DNA of 64,000 nucleotides. Origin: Nemertoderma westbladi (lineage: Eukaryota > Animalia > Xenacoelomorpha). Of the stretch, positions 12,920 through 23,107 are shown piece by piece. The stretch spans positions 7,363 to 71,362 of the forward strand of contig JAUCBJ010000365.1 of assembly GCA_032718475.1 (NCBI GenBank), written 5' to 3'. How positions within the stretch are numbered: the first letter of the stretch is position 1; every line of letters begins with the position of its first letter. The position numbers and the translations under genes were made by a program. The notes beneath the pieces were generated by a model, which was not told the DNA's origin, searched no databases, and saw nothing but the letters and a program-made list of their open reading frames with translations.

Positions 12920-13900
12920 GCCAGTGTGGGTGCCACTATGCCACTCTCACTGTTAGATGGCAGGGGTACTGAGCTGGTTCCGGTGATTGGAGGGGCGCCC
13001 AGTGGTGGTACATTCACCAGTAGCGTCAGCAACTACGGGAGTAGGAAGAGTGGGCGTAGAGGTGGGATGATGCTCATCATCATCCTCATCCGAAGAATCT
13101 GGAGGACATTCAGGGGGTGGATCGTGGTATGGCACATAGTAGCATTCTGACTGAAGGTCGCGGTAGGCATGGGCTGGGCATGTAGCTGATGTCCAGCAAA
13201 TTTCCAGACATGGCACCACTGCCCATCCAGTGTTGTTATTGTTATAATGTAACGAGGACCACCCATTGTTTTGTTGCCATCTGTGTATAGGTTGACAAGA
13301 TCACCAATGCGGAGGGTGTCTTGTGGGGGGTTATGACTGGGTGGTGGAGCTTGGACTGTTCGATTGACTGGGTGATTAGCTGATCGAACCTGCTGTTGTT
13401 GATCAATGAGGGCAGTGTCATTGATGGGAATCTGTTCCCCAGTGAACTGATCCCAGTGTGATATAATTTCGCAAGAGGCTAGTCCATACGAGCGGATATG
13501 GGCATTCAGGTTAGCCACAGCAAAAACAACAGTGAGGGGTGAGAAGGGTCCACAAGTGGGTTGTAAGCGTAATAATTATTCTTCTAGTTCATGCATTGCA
13601 TGATTAGCTACAGGGTTTTTATTAACATTTTTGGGGCGACCAATATCAAGGAGAAAATGGTGATGTGCAAGACTAGCATTGTTAGAAAAGGCTCGGAATA
13701 CAGGTGCAGGGTCGAGTTGGATAGTGGCAGGTGGACCATCGAGGGGATTCAGGCCGATAGAGCAAGTAATTCATCACAAAGTGTATCACAGCGCTCATCA
13801 GGGATGCTTGCATGCAGCTGTAAATGATGATAGTTTCTGACAGACTGTCTGGCACTGCTTCTGACAGATTTGTGGCACTCTTAATGTGTGTCATGGCTAG
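12920..13900 (-). mobile_element. Degenerate Ty3/Gypsy integrase C-terminal relic
   Basis: ANLNAHIRSYGLASCEIISHWDQFTGEQIP...IGDLVNLYTDGNKT...RY...DGQWCHVWKFAGHQL and an upstream KNPVA motif resemble invertebrate Gypsy integrase tails. Frames are broken. Confidence 0.65.
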
Positions 13901-13959
13901 GCCAAACTGTGATACTGTGGTAAGGAGGGTGGGAAGACGGAGACTAGCTGAGATCTATG

Positions 13960-14225
13960 ATCTTGGTTTGCTATCTGAGAGACTGGAGGGAGCTCATAAG
14001 CTGTTATTTAGCCTATAGGAGGCTGCACCAAGCGTTGTCCTCTTAGTGAATAGCACAAATACCATAATTCTGACAGTACACATGGATTCAAAACAGCAGG
14101 AAATAACTTGTGCTAACATTAAATGGTGGGATGTACTGGTAAGTCATGTGAATGAATTCTGCTACATTGGATCATGGGTTCGGAGGTCTGGTGAAGATCT
14201 CCGAATTCGCACAGGAAGGCCCGTT
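13960..14225 (+). mobile_element. Short degenerate RTE-type RT fragment
   Basis: HVNEFCYIGSWVRRSGEDLRIRTGR matches HVDDFCYLGSWIQKSDEDLRIRKGK of the RTE copy at 54.1 kb. Confidence 0.65.
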
Positions 14226-14392
14226 CTACTATTTCCGGTTGGAATTGACTAAATAACATTATTGACAAAACCGTAAGAGTGAAGATAATTTATTATATTT
14301 AGCTTTATAATGTGTACAGGTACCATTTGTAAACAATCCGATCACCATAAATGTAACAAACAATGTGAAGCATTCTGATCTAATTTCTATGG

Positions 14393-17300
14393 TTACAGTT
14401 CCATGGCAGTTGCTGAACCGGAAGTAAGAATGGTTGCTTCGGGAAGGATGTCAGACATGTTGGGTTTACAGGAACAACTTCCAGCCACGGTAAATAGAGT
14501 AGAATCGGTGTATTCTCCGCAAGTAGACATATGGCAGGCCCGGACACTGGCTATATAAGAAGTGCCATTGGGAAGGTCCCTGATAATAGCCTCTGGAGTG
14601 GAGACAGTCCAACCATATTGAAAGGAAGAACTTTCGTCTTTGATGAGTAGTTGGTAGGTATTTGGGAGGTCACCATTATGTCCAGGTGCCCAGTTCACCT
14701 AAAATAACATACGATGAACAAAATATATAATTCTTCAATCATTCTGTATATTAAAATATACATCCACATATAAAAGGATTAAAAATTAGACAAATTTTAA
14801 CCCATATATATTTTAAAATATGCTGAGTTGGAAGTTATACCTTGATATTTCCATCAGCGAGAGCTATCGCCGACACAGATTTAGGTGGATCCGGTGCGAA
14901 ATGATGCCAACAGTATCCGCAAGTAGCTCGGCATACCGAGAACATAAACCCAGGATTATTTCTGCATTCCCCAATATCTTTCCAATATCCACATGCCGAA
15001 CTTCCATCATCACAAGTTTCTCCCAAAGCAGCTACACTGGCGGATTCCAAATGGAAGTGATTGAATGTGTACCACATGAACACGTTGTTCTTGCAATGTC
15101 CTTTAACCCACTGAAATAAGAAACAAAGGGGTTATAGTCAAGGAGGAGCTCCATGCAAAATATGTCTGTCACACAGAAAAATAAATAATCAAAATCACAA
15201 AATATATAACATAGGAAATCCTGTGAGAGGAAACCAATATATAAACCATGCAGTTGCATCCATAACTTTTCAGTCTAGGACCTATTTTCTTATTTCAGGC
15301 AAACCCGTCAAAATATTAGAAAGCATCATATAATAAATTGATAATATAATGTTAATTTATGATGGATGTCCTAACGACGTTTTACATTTTAAGTCAATTA
15401 CTATAAAGTCTAACAGAACTGTATCCAATTATCATACATCATGGTCTGGTTTAATAATTTGATTGTTATTGAATGACATGTGATGCATCTGCCTGATACA
15501 TGTGCTTGTGTCCGCTAATAATATGTGTCCTCTATTCTTTCAATATTTACGGAGTTTACTGGATATTGTGATTATAATAGAGATTGATAGAGATGTGATA
15601 GAGATTATGATTGAGATTATGATATACTGATATAGGGCCTACTTCAGGGAATTCACGATATTTTTTTCTTGATATACTTACAGTTATATCAGGATCTTCT
15701 CTACTTTCAAGCTTTATGATTTCATTTTGACAAGGGAAGATTTTCTCAGTTAGATCGTAGGCCGCTCTATCATAACTTTTTAACTCATTTCGAGTGTTGA
15801 CGAAATTCTTGATGCCATCGCAACTTCCATCAGCATTGCTGGATTCCACGGATTGACCGAAATAGTGCATCATGTTCTCTCCCATCCATTCAGCTGCATT
15901 AACAGCACCTTGAAAGTGAAAATAATGACTATTTATATATCGCCCTTTTATGTAGCTCAATATAGGAAAACAGTATGATTCGTTATGGTGGCAAATACCT
16001 AATTAACAGTAATTATAATTGACAGTTTGTGTCTCCTATAAATTTATTAATGATCACAATCTGACTGAAATAATTTATAAATGCATCACGTTGGATATAG
16101 CTAAAGATAGACTATAGATGGAATATACTAAAAGGAGCCCTAATTTCTTCCAAGAAAACGACCAAGGGAGTATTGATAGTAAAGTTTACCAAATATCTAA
16201 CTTACCATAACAGTTTACCCAAAGTGACTTCGATGTCTGCCAAGTATTATCTATATCAGCGTAAAGTTGAGGGTCGCCTCCCATGACACCAATTAGATGA
16301 ATCCCATGGCCCAGTTCGTGAAGGTAGATGTTATTACCATAGTAAGCATCTTCTGTGTAAGGATAATACAGAAGGTTCTCCTCAGCACCGGAACATAGTG
16401 GTTCCATCTGCGTTCCTCCCAAACCTGTAAGATATTTATAAATATTTTAATGAGACATTGATTCCAACTGGCCATAAATGGACAGTTGATATTAATAGAC
16501 AATACAGTAGCCCTACTGTATGTATTTCGAATATAATAGATTAATTTATTACACTGATAATCTGGGTTAGTTAATTACTGTTATAATCGAAGAGCCTTGA
16601 CTGAAGTATAATTGACGAATTAATACCTCACCTCTAACACCACTATCAGCTCTGTTACGATGTTCAGGCATATCATTAGATGCTTCATCTTTAGACATAA
16701 TTGCCACTCTCGCCTGAGAGTTATACATTGCGTTTCTGATATCTTGTCTGGAAACAATAAATTATCAATTAGCAACAAACTAGTGAAGCAATTAGTTAAA
16801 GTGGACAAAACTCCAAAGAAATCTAGCAGATTCACAATTCCTATCTAACCATAAGAACAAAGTAACAAACCCAACCTACTTATATAAAATCAGGGACCAG
16901 GAAATGATGTAACAAGTATAACCTACCTTAATCTAACATCATAAACCAAGTAATGTAACAAGTATAACCTACCTATCTAACATCATGAACCAAGTAATGT
17001 AACAGGCTTTCCGAAGTGCCTCATCCGGAACATTTTCCGAACTGAGTATCGGAATTCCATAGGCGTGAAGGTATTTCTTATAGAAAGGATCCAAATTCAT
17101 TTCGGCAACAACCGCGTTGGGAGGGGGAGAAACATGACGACAGTTGACATTCCTCCAGGCATATCCTCTGAAAGTATTAAAATGTATGTAATTATATAGG
17201 TCATTACGCAAAAAAATTAATCCCTCTCCAGAGGAAAGTTGACGCAAATAACAGCTGATTAACCCCAAAAATAATAAAACTGTAACTTTTTCTATTGAGT

Positions 17301-19893
17301 TTCGTTTATTATTTTGATAGTTAGAATCATGTGCCACTGTAACCTGCTCCCTTCCCTCAATTGAGAATTTACCATTGAGGCGAGATATTAATTCGCTGAG
17401 ATGGGATTTACGTTCAGTCCCCCCCCCCCCCCCCCCCCCACTGACTCCCAAACAAAAAGCCCCCCTAACAGAATCAAAAGCTAAACTAAATAATCACCTG
17501 TCTGGGAACCAATAATTCATGGATCTCTTTTCAATGGATTTTTCATCATTATTTCCCGCCGGTTCGTAACGTTTCGTTAAGGAACTCAAGGCAGCCACTC
17601 TATCAGCCGCGCCGGGTGGTTTAGGTAACGTATCGGGGTCGACTATGTCTCTTTTCTCTGGTTGATCTACCACATCAACCGAACCATCCGTAATCATTTT
17701 CTCAAACTTTTTCCTGTACTCCTCCATGTTTGGCGTAGTTGCCGTCCCAGTTTCGCTTGGTGGTGGCGGTGTTGCTGGTGGTGATTGTGTTGCTATTGGT
17801 TCTGGTGAGGTTTTGTGAACTTTGTTTGAATGATACCCAGATTCATCAGGAACCTCTGTTTGCGCTCCAAACACTGACACTGAAACACAGAGAGGCGTTT
17901 CATTACTTAATACTGTCAGTTTATGTACCTTAAAATGGTCTTAAAATGAAGAGTATTTACGGCAATTATTTTTATTGTGGGGCGAGCCACGAAGTTGGCG
18001 GAGCCTTAGCGAATTGACACTGTTAGGGGGTGGGTCAATTTATGCAAATAGTTGTCGTCGTCGTCGTCGTCGTCGTTGTCGTCGTCGTCGTTGTCGTCGT
18101 CGTTACGATTTTGACATGCTAATAACTTTGTCGGATTTAAAGCTGCCAAGTTGAAAATTTGTAGGTATCAATATGAGCAAAAGTTGAGATTTTTGAGAGA
18201 CTTTCAGACACCATCAGTGCAATGGTCTCCCGCTAGAGGGCCACATGTCTAAACATTAAATGCCCTCCCATTTCTTTGCTTTTAATCCGTTTAAGCTGAA
18301 ACTTGGCAGATATGTATTAGACCATTAGCTGTGACTTTCAAAGGAGGCGAATCCATCTGCAGTTCTCCAGTCTGCCGCTAGAGGGCCAACGTGACTATTT
18401 GCATAAATTGACCTACCCCCTAACAGTGTCAATTCGCTAAGGCTCTGCCAACTTCGTGCTGCGCGAAGTATTTATATTATTATACGATCATTAAAACAAA
18501 ATTGACCTGTAAGGAGCGAGCAGGATAGGGCAGTGCACAACCAGGATGAAGCACTGTGCGGTCACAGGTTGTAGTTTATTTTCCACACGCCGCACGTTAT
18601 TATTAACAAGAAGAAATAATTGCAGAGCTTTATTGTGCTGATTTACATTCCAGTGCTCGCATCGCTTAATTATAAACAATATTTATATGATATCAGGGTC
18701 AGTTGGGACTTCACTCTGTAGTTCTTCGAGATTGCCTTTTGAGATTGCCGCCTGGTCGTGCGGAAAACCGAATGTCTGTTTCATATTCTGGTTCGCCAGA
18801 GTCTTTTACTGAATAGGACTTTAATAACAATATAAATATCATCATATTAGCGCCAGCCTAGCCTAGTTGTATGCAATTTATTTAACAAACACAATATTTT
18901 TATGATAAATAAATTAATACAAATTGGTTTTAATCAATTTGATTGCTTAATTTTTGGTCCAGAGGTTTTGCAATTTTCGCCTTTTGAATTGTTTTATGTT
19001 GAGTATTCTGTTAGTTATTCACACGATGTCATTTCAAGTTGCCATCAATCAGCGAAATAAATAAAGAATAACCATGACGTTCAGGGCTATGTATTGATAG
19101 AGGGAGGGTGGTGTCCTAAACCGCGGCAACAAGCCACGGTCCAGAGATAATATAAAACCTTTAGAATCTGGAACACGTTCGTGGGGACTTCGCGCAGCAC
19201 GTAGTCGGCAAGCCTTGGCATACGGTTCATATAGAGCAAATGGGGCATGTCTAGTTTGGACCCAATATCCCATGCTATAAATGTATTCATTCGATATACA
19301 ATCATATGTTAATCCGCTAGGTGGTGTCAAATTGTTATTCTGCAATTTCGTACTTACCAGTGCAGCACTGTACAGCAGTACCGTATCGGTAGGCCTATGT
19401 CATTACTTCTGAGTCTCTAGCGGATCCCCAATTAAATGTCTTAACTTTTCAATTTCGTAAAAGATAGACTTCATGATTCTCTACAGGCCACCAAAATTTC
19501 AGCTCAGGAAAATGAGGCCTTCCCGAGAAATTTAACATTTTCTAAAAACTACATAATCTGTCGTAGCTGATGTCAGACTGCATGATTTTTCACCAAACTT
19601 TACAAACTTTCTAAACTTTCTCTCTACTACTTACCTACTAAGTTTGGTTCAATTCCGAACCAGCGATGCAGAGAAATTCGCGTTCAAACATTTACCAGAC
19701 AGACAGACGGACGGACAGACAGACAGACGGACATGCCCCATTTGCCCTATATGAACCGTATGCCAAGGCTCGCCGACTACGTGTCTCGCCCCACAAAGGT
19801 ATTATGGTTTTAGCGGTTGAATCGCTCATCAGATCAAAGTTATGTCCTACCTGATATGAGAACAAGGACGACTAGAGTTCTGGTGAAATCCAT
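14393..19893 (-). CDS. Copy B: secreted HExxH zinc metallopeptidase (anthrax LF/PPEP, M34-like) with ShKT and FN3 domains, about 585 aa, intact
   Basis: Exons on - strand: 19893-19851, 17879-17498, 17167-16973, 16747-16632, 16424-16206, 15908-15682, 15110-14841, 14698-14393. Total 1758 nt, GT-AG, phases consistent. Signal peptide MDFTRTLVVLVLISVSVFGA; KR sites; YKKYLHAYGIPILSS, RGLGGT, GAEENLL, HELGHGIH, EWMGE, VNTRNELKSYD; ShKT; FN3. Confidence 0.9.
16905..17004 (-). repeat. Short (2-3 unit) version of the 44-bp exon-3 donor minisatellite in copy B
   Basis: Same unit as in copies A and C; the first unit is the real exon end. Confidence 0.85.
17970..18470 (+). mobile_element. HINE/DINE-1-like non-autonomous element with about 65-bp inverted repeats and a (GTC)n microsatellite
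   Basis: Starts TTTTTATTGTGGGGCGAGCCACGAAG. About 17988-18050 is inverted at about 18395-18458. (GTC)n at 18051-18103. Confidence 0.6.
19185..19796 (-). mobile_element. Second HINE/DINE-1-like element in opposite orientation with a (GTCT/GTCC)n microsatellite
   Basis: The - strand starts TTGTGGGGCGAGACACGTAG. About 19197-19251 is inverted at 19730-19784. ACAG/ACGG repeats at about 19697-19732. Confidence 0.6.
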
Positions 19894-19964
19894 CTTTGTC
19901 GATCTTCGACGAAATTTACAGAAAGTTGTGAAAACTGTGAATACTTAATCGCCATCCCTGCTTC

Positions 19965-19972
19965 TATATATA
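19965..19972 (-). promoter_or_regulatory. Candidate TATA box of copy B
   Basis: TATATATA about 72 nt upstream of ATG 19893; context conserved with copy A. Confidence 0.5.
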
Positions 19973-21879
19973 CAAAATAAGACGTGCAATTAATTTTTGG
20001 TACTTAACATTCTGGCGTTCATTTTCCTTTATTTACTGCAGATTTTAACACAATAAACGATCAAGTTGTTTGAGTTTTTGCTTTTACTTTGTTGGTTACT
20101 GTCAAATAATTAACTTTCAGCATTTATTAGGAATGGCCCGAGGGCCATAGATTGTTTGCGTACCATGGACCATAGTGGGTGGTATATCGACGCAAATCAC
20201 AAATAATTACGTAACATTATCGTCATGATGGGCGGTTGTTGAAGATGCCTTGTCACTTTTAATCGATGGATGCAACGCAACGCTGTATTGTACTACTACA
20301 ATGGCTCCAGTCCGTGGTAAGGAAATTATCAGTAACATTAATTAATAAGTTATTTCTACCGTATAATTCCATCTATATTGTTTTATTATGTTGTTAATGT
20401 TAAGAGAATCCGTAAGGTAGGAGTTGCCTTATTATGAGTCTCAAATACTTGGTATTTATATATTTCTAGAGTCTGGAAGGGGCAATCTCAGCATCAATGT
20501 CGCCGAAACATAATTCAACCTCCCTCTACGAGTTCAACTATTAGAGCAGTCAATTCTACAGTAAGCAGTACACAATAACTAAAAATAAATTCAGCTGACC
20601 AGCTATTCTCATGAATCTAATATTCGCTTTCATTCGATTCAGTGAGTGTGAGAGGGCCATCATCTGAGGTGCAACTAAATTACAAACACGCAGTAGGTTT
20701 AATTAATGTTTGCCTATGGTTTGAAGGGGAGTCTGAGATAGAGTAATACCAGCCCTGAATTATCATTGGCTACCAATTCAAGTTTACTCAAAAAACTAGC
20801 AAAACATATACTTTCTGCACCAGATAATTTACTCATTGACCAAATATTATACAAGCGGGTCAAAAAAATTAAATCTGGCCAAAATAATAAAAAAAAGAAC
20901 AAAACACATACTTTTCAAAAAAAAATAATTTAATTGTTGACCCAAAAATTCATCTGAACTAATGTTATAAATTCGACCCAAAAATTAAAACATCAGCCCC
21001 GAAACACACATTTACTACACTAAAACATATAAATTCAACAACAATAGTCAGATATATGATATATATTTCCATAGAGTCAGCTTTTTCTAACCAAAACAAT
21101 AAACTATGTTGTTACCATTTGAGGGAAAGTACCAGATTACAGAGACGGCTTTTTCTAACCAAAACAATAAACTATGTTGTTACCATTTGAGGGAAAGTAC
21201 CAGATTACAGAGACGGCTTTTTCTAACCAAAACAATAAACTATGTTATTACCATTTGAGGGAAACGTTTTATAATAAAAACAAGAAACGCTATCCATTGA
21301 ATAGCATTACTTTGCCCAGACATTCAATTTTTTATGAGCAGAGCACCCGTTGATACATGATATGAATGAATTGTTAAAATTCGCTCTTGTTTTCTAAGTA
21401 AAAAAAGTTGAAACGTTTCTTTTTTACCGCGATTTCACAAGCACCTTTTAGAAATCTATTTTCTAGGATCAATCAAAACTTCATTAAAATTGTTTGAGCC
21501 GTTTTTGCTCTAGATCAGCAGTAGCCAGACAGTCAGAATTTTTTCTTACAGTAACCAAGTCTACGAATTGCTAATTACATTCTTTGAGCACTGACTACGA
21601 ATATATAGGAAATTATTGATGATAATATGTGTGAAATCATTGAATTTTAATTGATTTGGTGCCCAATCTTTCTATCTTTGATCTTAACAATGCATCTATC
21701 TGTGCGGAAATGGCGTTTAATCAACGAATAGTTTAGAGAGCATTCGATTAATCAATAAGTGATAAACATGTTTTTATTGGCGACTTCACCTATAAAACAT
21801 GCCTACTCGATCGTAACTCCCTTAATAACGTTATAAATATTACAATTATTTATAACATTTTTAAGTTTAATAATTTATT

Positions 21880-22160
21880 AAAGTAAAAGTAAAGTAAATT
21901 TTCTTCGGCCACTAGGCCAGGGATTACGCACAAAGTCTGACGACTTATTTCCAGTGCGGTCCCCCCAGAACTTTACTCCCCAGAGGAAACTCTAGTACTC
22001 ATTTAGCTACCACTTAAGGATGCAAGGCAGAGATGCGCCCTGGCTGGTCCCTTTAAAGCATTCGTGCCGAAACGAAAACTGCCCTGGTCCATGTGAGGAT
22101 CGAACCCACGACCTACAGGAGATGTGAATTCAATGCAACCACTACACCAAGGTGGAACCA
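21880..22160 (-). mobile_element. tRNA-derived SINE with LINE-like 3' hairpin and (TTTAC)n tail
   Basis: On - strand: A box TGGTGTAGTGG, B box GGTTCGATCC, central AAATGAGTAC segment, 3' GGACCGCACTGGAAATAAG...TAATCC hairpin and TTTAC repeats. Confidence 0.8.
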
Positions 22161-22502
22161 CGGCTCCTGAAATTACCGCGACTTCAGTCGAAGTCTACCT
22201 TATCATGGGGGGGGGGGGGGGGGGGGTGGGGGGGTTCGACGCAATAAAAATTAATCCCTCTCCAGGGGAAATTCGACGCAAATAACTGCTGATTACTTGC
22301 AAAAATAATACCGTAACCTGTTTTATTGACTTTAATTTATTGTTTTGGTTAGAATAACCTGCTACTGTAACCGGCTCCTTTCCCTAAATTGAAAATTTAA
22401 CATTGGGGCGGCATTACTCCGCCGAGATGCGAATTGCGTCAGGTCCCCCCATCCCCCTGCCCAACAGGGTCAACTTTTACGCTGTTACTTTTTAACGCTT
22501 TA

Positions 22503-23015
22503 CCACCCCAATTAGCTCCCTTATTATCACCACCCCAATTACCTCGCTTGTCTAAGCACCTATATTAGCTTCCTTGTCTCACCACCCCAATTATCTCCCT
22601 TATCTGACCACCCCAATTAGCTCCCTTATTAGAACACCCCAATTAGCTCCCCTGTCTGACCCAATTAGCTCCCTTGTCTGACCACTAGCCCCATTATCTG
22701 ACCACCCAATTAGCTATCTTGTCTAACCACGCCAATTAGCTTCCTTGTCAACCACACCAACTAGCTACCTTATCTAACCACCCAATTAGCTACCTTATCT
22801 AACCACCCCAATTAGCCCCCTTATTTGACTACACCAATTAGCTACCTTATCTAATCACCCCAATTAGCCCCCTTATTTGACTACACCAATTAGCTACCTT
22901 ATCTAACCACCCCAATTAGCCCCCTTATTTGACTACACCAATTAGCTACCTTATCTAATCACCCCAATTAGCCCCCTTATTTGACTACACCAATTAGCTA
23001 CCTTATCTAATCACC
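22503..23015. repeat. Degenerate 22-23-bp minisatellite (ACCACCCCAATTAGCTMCCTTATCT) just upstream of copy C
   Basis: About 21 visible units, with dimeric (about 46-bp) periodicity in the right half. Confidence 0.9.
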
Positions 23016-23107
23016 TCCTGCTCATTCGACAATAAATTATTTGACTGCCATGATTTCTTCGATATCTATAGAATTACAATAGTTATAATTAATTTTATGT
23101 CCCGGGA

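Noticed and set aside
19800-19835. Hammerhead-like CUGAUGA-GCG...CGC-UAAAAC on the - strand
   Set aside because: The essential GAAA core is not intact and no stem I or III pairing is evident.
22080-22160. Possible tRNA gene
   Set aside because: A and B boxes are present but there is no complete cloverleaf, and it continues into a SINE body and tail.
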